Below are positions 12,517 through 22,200 of a DNA stretch of 64,000 nucleotides, piece by piece. Numbering within the stretch: the first letter of the stretch is position 1; each line of letters begins with the position of its first letter. Source of the DNA: Heterodontus francisci (lineage: Eukaryota); NCBI RefSeq assembly GCF_036365525.1, contig NC_090401.1, forward strand, positions 34,252,560 through 34,316,559, in the 5' to 3' direction. The notes below the pieces were generated by a model. That model saw only the letters and a list, made by a program, of their open reading frames with translations. It had not been told where the DNA came from and did no database searches. The translations under genes and the position numbers were made by a program.

Positions 12517-14097
12517 GTCGCATCTATTAAGGAGGACATCTCCTTCTGTTGCTGGGGCGTCAACCGTTTGAACTTCTCAAAGAGGTCATTGGCGTCAGTG
12601 GAGGGAGCTGGTTTGGGTGCCAGGTTGCGTCCTTGGCGTCCTCTGCCTCGTCCTCTCGCTCTACACGCCTTAGCCCAATGGCCTTCCTTCCCACAGTAGT
12701 AACAGGGGCCGGGTCGCCTAACTTGCTCTTTGTCAGGCTCTTTCGGTACTGGATCAGTTTGCACAGCTCGAAGCTCGACTCCCGTATCCCTGTCCAGCTG
12801 AGCGCATCTGTCAATTAACTGAGTATTTCACTCTTACTGCGTCCCAATCCGGTCGGGTGGCCTTCAGCATTTTAGACAATTCTGGCTTTCATCCATCAAC
12901 AAAAGCGGTTTTTAAGGGTCCAAAACTGGTGTCTTCCAGCTCCTCTGGAGCAGGGTCTACTATCCCTGAGCATTCCACCCAGGTTGACCTGAACCTCTCT
13001 TCGTACTCCCGCACTTCCTCGGAGTTCTTCTGCTGACAGGCTGCAACTTTGCCCTAGTCCGTTTTTGCAGGACAAAACTCTCACAACCACTTGTTAATCG
13101 CAGTCCATCCGGCGTCTAGTAGTTGACCATCTTCACCCAAAGCAATTTGGACCTCTCTCCTTAGCTTTCGGCTCGCTCGCCCGGGCACCATTACGGTCAG
13201 AATCTGTACCCCGTCCCATGGATGGAGATCGTAAATTCCCTTCAATCGTTCCAGCTGCTCCCACGTTTTCAGACCCCCTTTCTTCGGGTCGGGCAATCTT
13301 GTGGACCACTTGTTCGATTTTCTCAGGGGAAGCCGGGACTTGTGTCCAGTACGTGTTGTGCTCGGCCATGGTGACCTCGCTATTGTTCACAGTCGTCTTT
13401 TCCGTCTTGACCTTAACGCGTTTCTGTTTAAGGGGAGCTAGTCGCGGAAACGGTAACCCATCATGATTGTCATTTTCTTCACTGGAAGACTCGGCTAGAC
13501 CTGCTTCACGCAGTTGCATCTTCCGTCGTTCCATTTGTATCCGAGTTTGAAGTCGTTACAAGTTAGTTGGAGGTGGTCGGTGGGGTTCGCAGAGCTGTCC
13601 CGGTTCCTTCGGTTGGGCCGTCTGCTGGTCTTGTAGTTGTTTTTTAAGCTCTTTAACTTCAATCTGTAGCCTTTCCTTTTCAGATTGTTTTTCAGCCTCT
13701 AACTGTTCCGATTTAAGTTTTTCCTTTTTCAGTTGTTCGCAGATCGCCTTCAATTGATCCTTTGCACGCGTTGGGTTGCGATCACATTGGGCTTGTCGCA
13801 TAATCTCATTGCGCTGCCGAATCTGGCCCATTACAGCTAGGGACCATTGGGTCTGTTCTTTATCCTTTAAACGGGTTGTTTTTCCCCAGACACTCGTTAT
13901 ATCTTCCAGGGACCACTGTCCTGTGGAGGTGCCATATTTTTTCCCAATTTCGGTGTACGCTTTAGCCAGATTAAACTGTTGCTCTACATATTCTTTCAAC
14001 TGCCGAAGTATTTCATCTTCGGGAACGTCAGGGGGGCCCACCCACCTTTGAAGGTAGTTGGTAACTGTCGGTTGCCTTCGTCTGTCATTCTATCCAT
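12507..14097 (-). pseudogene. ERV gag (fragmented), with a coiled-coil region and one CCHC zinc knuckle
   Basis: ORFs 13556-14041, 13133-13534, 13081-13296 and 12507-12764 (CYYCGKEGHWAKAC). The start codon (14097 or 14088) is inferred. Confidence 0.85.
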
Positions 14098-14361
14098 TCA
14101 GGTAGAGAAGTAGGTCTCGAGCCGTCAGGCTTTTCGCCAAGTAGGTATTTAGTCAAATAACGCCAAGTTAGACGTCATGAAAGGGGGTCTCGAGCCGTGC
14201 AAGAAAGGGTATTTCCGTCAAATACCGCCAAGTTCGGGATCGCGTGGCAGGGAACCGAAATTTAGACAACGACCAAGGACTTTTAACATAAAGAGGAGTC
14301 CTTACCCCTGGGGTGCCGATATAGGTCCGATGTCTGTGGCTTCAGTCTTTATCCTCCAGCG

Positions 14362-14379
14362 ATCCTGCCGACTACGCCA
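14362..14379 (-). promoter_or_regulatory. Primer-binding site complementary to tRNA-Ser
   Basis: The + strand reads atcctgccgactacgcca, the 3'-terminal 18 nt (with CCA) of vertebrate tRNA-Ser(AGA/UGA) as recalled. It lies 3 nt from the 5' LTR end. Confidence 0.9.
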
Positions 14380-14382
14380 AGT

Positions 14383-14922
14383 TGTTGGATCCCATTAGTT
14401 ACACAAAGAGAGATGAAGTCCGACTGTAGCTTTAAGAAACTTTATTGCAGTACGAAATGGTTACATCATCAGCAAAGCGAACAACAACAACACCTGGGCT
14501 CTTCTCTCCTTTCCTTGCCTGAGCAGGGAAATCAAGCCTTTCTTATAGTTCGTCATACAAATCAGTGACACCCCCTTTATGTTCCCAATTGGTTTACAAA
14601 CTCTGCAGTTTCTTGGTGTCATGGCCTGATTGGGGCACTGCCTTGTCACCTTCCCCTCTAGCAGTTTCTCATCCCCCCCCCCCCCCCCCCCCCCCCCCAT
14701 CTCCTTGGACCGTTAGGCTGATTGCTATACAATAGGCTACTATGAAGCAGCTTGCAGCTGTCCTGTTAGTCTTTGCTTGTTAGTCTACTTCTACTGATGA
14801 GCTGTCTGTGCAGCCCTGAAACTATGAAGTCAATTCTGATAAGCTGTCAGCAGCTCCGAGGTTAGTTTGTTAGTAGTACATGATTGATTTAATTATTTCA
14901 CCCTAAAAGTCCCCATATTATT
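14383..14922 (-). repeat. ERV 5' LTR (outer end lost in the N gap)
   Basis: Direct repeat of 8252-8785 with roughly a dozen substitutions, small indels and a poly-C expansion. Confidence 0.9.
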
Positions 14923-15518
14923 NNNNNNNNNNNNNNNNNNNNNNNNNNNNNNNNNNNNNNNNNNNNNNNNNNNNNNNNNNNNNNNNNNNNNNNNNNNNNN
15001 NNNNNNNNNNNNNNNNNNNNNNNNNNNNNNNNNNNNNNNNNNNNNNNNNNNNNNNNNNNCAGTATTCTTCTTAAACCTTGTTCACTGTAGGAGACTTTTC
15101 TCTCTCTTGGGGTTCCTGTGTCTTCAGTGGATTCCAAAGCTGGTGAGGAAGAGATGAGCAGACAGGAGAGGCTATGGCGAGCCAGCCCCAAGAGGTCTTT
15201 TCAGTCCAGGAGCAAACAGCTTTCTGAGTTCAAGTTCTCTGTGGCCTATTTAAAACACTCAGTTCAAAACTCTGCAACAGCGAGTTAGTCATGCGGCTAA
15301 ACTGGTCTGACCACGTCTTCTGTGCATTGGGGAGCAGGGACTGGTTCCTTTGTTCCAACACTGTCTGCTTGTATGCAGAAATGTCTTTTCGGCGAGGGGC
15401 CTGGCAATTCCTTGTGATAGGCCCTCTTTTCTTCGAGCAACAATTTTAAGTTTAATGTCAATGTGGTGAAATTAATGTGCGTCATTCTTGGCAGGTGGGG
15501 GCCCGCATGACAGATTAT

Positions 15519-16665
15519 TGTTATGATCCCCAAGGAGACCACCAACAAATGAAAAGAATCAAATCTGCCGACTGACTCCAATTAGGAATGCAAAAACCAA
15601 ACGGGCAAGATTTTATAAATTTTACTTTAACACTCAAGCCAAAATCAACATAAATTAAACGTGAATGAACAGTTAAATCATGATCGGTTTTTTTATACGC
15701 ATTAATTAGCAGATGCATCAAGGAAAGTTCTTACAGTCCGCCAATCGTGTCTCAGCTCAACAAAACCAGGATAAATGCTAAATACTGCGGATGCTGGAAA
15801 TCTGAAATAAAAACAGAAAGTGCTGGAAATACTCAGCAGGACTGGCAGCATCTGTGGAGAGGGAAGCAGAGTTAACGTTCCAGGTCGGTGACCTTTCATC
15901 AGAACAGTTCTGTTGAAAGGTCACCGACCTGAAACGTTAACTCTGCTTCCCTCTCCACAGATGCTGCCAGTCCTGCTGAGCATTTCCAGCACTTTCTGTT
16001 TTTACAACAAAACCAGGATTTTCCTCAAATAGCTTTTCAAGTCCGGTCCTCCAGAATGTGGATATGTAAATAATATCCTATCGATAGCGAGCGATGCAAT
16101 CTTCTCTTTAATGGTTTGGTTTCATCACCTGTTGAACTACTTCGGCATTGTCCACTAGTGTCCTGAGGGCGTGGTTCTGCCAATAACTTTTCAGTCACCG
16201 AAGACAATGGTAATAACTTGTATATTCCAAGGGTCAACTACCAGAAGACAAGTTCCAATAGAAATAGCTAGTCCTTGTAACCAATAGCTCCCAGCTTTTT
16301 TCCAGTTCATCTGTCCTGGGAGACTCATTTGAAACCAACAACACTCAGCTCTGCAGCTGACATCTTGTGAAAACCACACAGCCTTTTTTGGCTTAACACT
16401 CTCTGGTGTTTTTTTGACAAACTCGCATACCTTTGTTCTTTGCTGGCTTAACACCCTGTAGAGACTTCTTGTCAAACTGAAACTAAAAACTCCAACCACA
16501 TATATCTGTTTTTTTTAAAAAAAAAACTTTTCCCACAATCACAAGTCCATTTGTTTGTCTAACCTGGATTCAACTTGGAAACCTCCAGCTTTAAATCCGA
16601 AACCGTCTCAATATCACAAACACAAGCTGTACAGGCTTCAGCTTAGCCATGAAGATTCCGTAACA
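15519..16665. mobile_element. Solo LTR, second family
   Basis: Ends tgttatg...cgtaaca (inverted). Flanks attat/gttat give a 5-bp TSD with one mismatch. Confidence 0.65.
15773..16004. repeat. Palindromic Penelope-pLTR-like insertion with hammerhead motifs and a 15-bp TSD
   Basis: Arms 15808-15905 and 15907-16004 (98 nt each, 3 mismatches). TSD caacaaaaccaggat at 15758-15772 and 16005-16019. Confidence 0.85.
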
Positions 16666-17109
16666 GTTATATAAAAGCACCAGGTACACAACCGCCTACT
16701 CCAGTGATCTTATGTCAATGAAAATTCAACTATAATGTCACAATGTCAATTGTGGTGTGTGGAATTGTCATTATCACTTTACTCAGTTACAATTTAAATT
16801 CACACAGTTGGTAGAATCAATTACCAAACTTGTTGATCTCTAAGACAATTTTTTAAGTCTCAAAACCACCAAAGTAATCAATAAAGTTCTGGCAGTGGAA
16901 GCTGTAGTTTCTATACTTATTTGAACTTGTGCATATTTGGCAAATATAATTTAACGCATAGTTACTTCTAATGCTTCAATTACAGGGATATTTGTTCATT
17001 CAACAGACTAAGGTTTGAGTTTTAAGCATTTGGTAATGAAAATATTTTTCTCCAGAACACTTAATCTGTGGGATTTATTACATTAAATTGTGCATAAAGT
17101 GGAGTGTAA

Positions 17110-17895
17110 TTTTTTTTTTATTCATTCGGGAAATATGGGCATCACTGACTAGGCCAGCATTTATTGCCCATCCCTAATTGCCCTTGAGAAGGTGATGGTG
17201 AGCTGCCTTGAACTACTGCAGTCCTTGGGGTATAGGGACATCAACAGTACTGTTAGGAAGAGAGTTCCAGTATTTTGACCCAGCAGCATTGAAGGAACGG
17301 TGATATAGTTTCAAGTCAGGATGGTGTGTGGCTTGGAGGGGAACTGGCAGATGTTGGTGTTCCCATGCATCTGCTGCCCTTGTCCTTCTAGGTGGTAGAG
17401 GTTGCGGGTTTAGAAGGTGCTGCCGAAGGAACCTTGATGCGTTGCTGCAATGTATCGTGTAGATGGTACACACTGTGGCTACTGTGCATCGGTGGTGGAG
17501 GGAGTGAATGTTGAAGGTGGTGGAAGGGGTGCCAATCAAGTGGGCTTCTTTGTCCTGGATGGTGTTGAGCTTCTTGAGTAGTGTTGGAGCTGCACCCATC
17601 CAGGCAAGTGGAGTGTATTACATCACACTGACTTGTGCCTTGTAGTTGGTGGACAGGCATTGGGGAGACAGGAGATGAGTTACTTGCCGCCGAATTCCCA
17701 ACCTCTGACCTGCTCTTGTAGCCACAGCATTTATGTGGCTGGTTCAGTTCAGTTTCTGGTCAATGGTGACCCCCAGGATGTTGATAGTTGGCGATTCAGC
17801 GATGTTAATGCCATTGAACGTCAAGGGGAGATGGCTAGATTCTCTCTTGTTTGAGATGGTCATTGCCTGCCATCTGTGTGGCACGAATGTTACTT
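17110..17895 (-). mobile_element. CR1-group (L2/Crack/Daphne-like) LINE 3' fragment
   Basis: ORF 17213-17599 (AAPTLLKKLNTIQDKEAHLIG...HSLHHRCTVATVCTIY...YWNSLP) is RT C-terminal sequence; poly-T at 17110. Confidence 0.7.
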
Positions 17896-18082
17896 AAATA
17901 TTCGATAAAGAAAGGTGAACTAGCATACAAGGCTAAGGGCCAAGTGCTGGAAAATGGGATTAGAATAGATAGGTGCTTGATGGCCGGCATGGATATGATG
18001 GGCCGTAGGGCCTTTTTCTGTGCTGTCTCCCTCTATGACCGTCTGAGACAATGAAGTATTGATTGTGTTTTTATTCTTTCAG

Positions 18083-18175
18083 GTGAAATTAGTAAATATT
18101 CGAAATGATGACATTACTGATGGGAATCCTAAACTAACACTTGGTTTAATTTGGACCATAATTCTACATTTTCAG
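18083..18175 (+). CDS. MACF1: MACF1 exon, end of CH1 ([31 protein letters not shown])
   Basis: tctttcag|GTG...CAG|gtaaag, 93 nt, phase 0-0. Confidence 0.97.
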
Positions 18176-19114
18176 GTAAAGGATTTCTGTGGATTGATTG
18201 GCTTGTGGATTGTTTTACTCCTATATAATGTAAACCTATGTAATTTTAACAACAAATAAAATGTAGTGCTATATAAAATATATTGAAGTAGTCCAGCTAG
18301 AAACTCAATCATTTGTATAGTCAAAAAAAAGAAATGTTTGTCAAAATGTATTTTTCAGTACTTGCTCTGGCTAACTCATAGATATGGGCTCACCCAGCTG
18401 GGACAATCAATTACCAAATATGTTGAATTACCAGACAATTTTGATCTGTGGGGTTTATTATATTGAATATTATGTACAAACACTTCCTAAGGCAGGGTTG
18501 GCAACCTGTGGCTCCGGAACCGCATGCAGCTTTAACATCTCGTTTGCTGCTTGCATTTAACGATGTTTATATTACTAATTTGTAATGGTGCAGTAACATT
18601 TAGTGATCAATGTTTCTGCTGCTATCAGACTATTTTACAACTGTGTTTGAAGCAGAAAAATAAGCAGTACTTTAGCGGACTCATTCTTTCTTACCCACGT
18701 GTGCAATTCAATTCACCCCAGCAGCTAAAGGAAGACTTGCTGCTGATTCATGTCATAATTGCATTAATTAATCCAAGATTTTGTTTAACTGTAATCCAGA
18801 ATGCCCTTATATCTTAATAATGAATTTTAAAATTCAACATGTTCAAAAAATACAGTGCAGTTAAAATCGCTGCAGCGAATTAGCAAAGCTCAAAACCTTT
18901 GCCAAAAAATATCCACTTAAAAGTGATAGAAAACGTGCTGTTGTGATTCTCCAGGGAAAAAGAAGATAAAGCTGAAGGCAAATTTAAGATTTGGGGAGCA
19001 TCAAGATTCAACTTTGAAAACAAAAATAATTGTATTTACCTATTCCTGGGATGTAGAAACTGGATTTTTTCCCAACCTATATAGAAAATTGAAATTACAT
19101 ATAATTCAGTAGTA

Positions 19115-20560
19115 ACTTAGACATGGGGGTGGTGCCAGAGGACTGGAGAATTGCAGACGTTACACCCTTGTTCAAAAAAGGGTGTAAAGGTAAGCCCAGC
19201 AACTACAGGCCAGTCAGTTTAACTTTGGTGAGAAAACTTCTGGAAAAAATAATTTGGGACAAAATCAATAGTCACGAGGACAATGTGAGTTAATTAAGGA
19301 AAGCCAGCATAGATTTCTTAAGCGAAAATCATGTTTGGCTAAATTGCTGGAGTTTTTTGCGCAGGTAACAGAGAGGGTTGATGAGGGCAATGTTGTTGAT
19401 GTGGTGTAGATAGACTTTCAAAAAGGCATTTGATACAGTGCCACACAACAGACTTGTGAGCAAACTTGTAGCTCATGGAATAAAAGGGACGGATATGAAA
19501 TTGCCTGAGTGACGGGAAACAGAGTAGTGGTTAATGGATGTTTTTCGGGCAGGAGGAAGGTTTGTAGTGGAGCTCCCCAGGGATCAGTGTTGGGACCCTT
19601 GCTTCTCCTGATATATATTAATGGCCTAGACCTTGGTGTAAAGGGCACAATTTCAAAATTTGCAGATGATACGAAACTTGGAAACATTGTGAACTGTAAG
19701 GAGATAGTGTAAAACTTCAAAAGGACATAGACAAGTTGGTGGAATGGGCAGACAGGTGGCAGTGAAGTGATTCATTTTGGTAGGAAGAACATGGAGAGAC
19801 AATATAGAATAAAGGATGCAATTCTAAAGGGGGTGCAGGAGCAGATGGACTGAGGTGTGTTTGTGCATAAGTCATTGAAGATGGCAGGACAGGTTGAGAG
19901 AGCAGTTCGTAAAGCATACAGTATCCTGGGCTTTATTAATAGGGGTGTAGAGTACAAGAGCAAGGAAGTTATATTAAACTTGTATAAGGCGCTAGTTCGG
20001 CCTCATTTGGAGTATTGGGTCCGATTCTTGGCGCAGCACTTGAGGAAAGACGTGAGGGCATTGGAGAGAGTGCAGAAAAGATTCACGAGAATTGTTCCAG
20101 GAATGAGGAATTTCAGTTATGAAGATAGATTGGAGAAGTTAGGACTGTTTTCCTTGGAGAAGACAAGGCTGAGAGATGATTTGATAGAGGTATTCAATAT
20201 TATGAAGGGTCTGGACAGAGTAGATAGAGAGAAACTGTTCCCACTTGAGAAAGGGTCGAGAATGAGAGGGCACAGACTTAAAGTATTTGGTAAGAGAAGC
20301 AAAAGTGACATGAGGAAAAACTTTTTCGTGCAGTGAGTAGTTAAGGTCTGGAATGCGCTGCCTGAGTGTGTGGTGGAGGCAAGTTCAATTGAGGCATTCC
20401 AAAGGGAAATGGACAGTTATATGAAAAGGAATAAGGTGCTGTGTTACAGGGAGAAGGCAGGGGAATGGAACTGAGGAAATTGCTCTTTCAGAGAGCCGGT
20501 GCAGACATGATAGCCCGCATGGCCTCCTCCTGCACTGTAACAGTTCTGTGATTCTGTGAA
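19115..20560 (+). mobile_element. CR1/HER1 LINE ORF2 3' portion (RT, decayed)
   Basis: [34 protein letters not shown], followed by the CR1 tail. Confidence 0.92.
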
Positions 20561-20799
20561 CTGTGATCATTCTTGTGTGTCAGAGAAGTTAAAGCAAATG
20601 ACTTTTACAGCATCAACTAAGTGCATAATGTTCCTTCGATTCTCGATACAGTTTTTTTTTCTCTTTAGGTACAATCATACCTTTTTTCCATTCTTTACTT
20701 TTTTTCATCTTGCAGTTCCCAATAGTTTTCATTTAAGGCAAATCTTTAAAAAAAACACTTCTCAGATAAAAAGAAAGTTGCCAAACCCTGTCCTAAGGT

Positions 20800-22200
20800 A
20801 TGAACTTATAAGAAGACACATGCTATGCCAAAGAAGCATAGATTAGCAGAGGTGACCACACATTTGGTTAAAGTGCTGGGCTTTAAAGCCGAAGTGCTTA
20901 AAGAAGGAATTCTAGGATATGGGGACAAGACGACTGGAAGTACTGCCACCAGTGGTACTGAGAAGAGAGGGGGAGCTACACAAGAGGCTGTAGTCAGAGG
21001 AAGAGAGTGTTTCGGGGAGTTATACAGCTTGAAAAGATTACAAAGAGGAATGTGGCACTGAAGGGATTTACATGCAGGAGTTAAACATTTTAAATTTGAG
21101 GCTTTAGAGTTCTAGGAACCATTGCATGTCAGTGAGGACAGAGGTGATGGGAAGTGGGATTTGGTGTGGGACAGGGTACGGGCGACAAGAGTTTTGGATA
21201 ACCTGCAATTAGCAGAAGCTGAAGGATGAGAGAGCAACCAGGAAGACAGTACAAGAGCAGAGTACTGTGGACACTGGAGATCTGAAATAAAAACAGAAAA
21301 TGCTGGAAATACTCAGGTCAGGCAGCATCTGTGGAGAGAGAAATAGAGTTAACGTTTCAGGTTGATGACCCTTTGTCAGAACTGGGAGTACTTAGAGATC
21401 TAACAATTTTTAAGTAAGGGTGGGAGAGGAGACATTTGAATAATTGAATTAGGAAGTGACAAAAGCATGAATGAGCGTTTCATTGACAAATGGACTGAGG
21501 TAGAGGTGGAAATGGCTAATATGTATAAGTATCTGGTCTTTGTGTGAGATGACATGAAGTGGGAAGTTCAGTTCAGATTAAATTAGGGTGGCAAGGTTAC
21601 GAGCAGTTTGGTTCAGCATGAGATTCGGCCAGGGAGGGGAATGGAGTTGGTGGCAAGGGCATGGGCTCTATTCTGGTTGTTCAAGATGATGGCTTTAGTT
21701 TTCCCAGTGTTTAGATGGCGTAAATTACATCTCATCCAAGATTGATGTCGGTCAAGCAGTCTGGTAGCACAGGGGCAGTGGAGGGATTGAGAGAGGTGGT
21801 GAAGAGGTAGAGCGGGGTATCATCAATGTTCACGTGGAATTGACCCCATGTTTGAGAATAATGTCACTGAGAGACAGCATGCAGATGATGAAGCTGAAGG
21901 TGGATCCTGGGGAACTTCAGAACTAACTTGGGTGGGAAGAAAAATCATTGCTGGAGATGCTGTGACTATGATCAAGTGGGTCAAGAATGGAGCCAAGCGA
22001 GGACAGCCCCACTGAGCTGGACAGTGGAGGAGAGGTGTTGGAGGAGAATGGAGTGATCAACTGCATTAAAGGCTCCAGAGTATATTCCGAAGGGTAATGC
22101 ATCACAGTCGTATAGAATGATATAGAATGTCGTTCGTGACTTTGATTTGGACAGTTTCAGTTCTCTGGGGGTCAAGAAACTGATTGGAGGGAATTGCAGG
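20800..22200 (-). mobile_element. L2-type LINE relic, interrupted by a pLTR-like repeat at ~21260-21385
   Basis: AFNAVDHSILLQHLSSTVQLSGAVLAWLHS (L2 RT) on the minus strand. Confidence 0.65.
21260..21385 (-). repeat. Short hammerhead-family repeat
   Basis: Minus strand ccagttctgacaaagggtcatcaacctgaaacgttaactc. The core CUGAUGA is mutated. Confidence 0.7.

Larger units (their letters stand above)
8252..14922 (-). mobile_element. Endogenous retrovirus provirus (LTR-gag-pro-pol-LTR, no full env)
   Basis: Two near-identical LTRs, PBS and PPT. Motifs: CCHC Gag knuckle, protease LDTGA, RT LPQG/YVDD, tether plus RNase H (DGSS), integrase DDE and GPF. Confidence 0.95.
7596..15512. mobile_element. 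Solo LTR (same family as 33937-34749), interrupted by a HE1 SINE and the ERV
   Basis: 7615-7930 and 15060-15512 align colinearly with the intact copy at 33937-34749 and end ...gcatgaca. The left boundary is approximate. Confidence 0.8.

Noticed and set aside
8338-14700. Duplicated 74/79-aa ORFs (MGGGG...) at 8338-8562 and 14461-14700
   Set aside because: They are incidental ORFs in the two LTR copies, spanning a variable poly-C tract and the TATA region.
15808-16004. CRISPR array, rho-independent terminator or miRNA precursor
   Set aside because: This is eukaryotic DNA with no repeat-spacer periodicity. The hairpin is a TSD-flanked inverted copy of a dispersed repeat.
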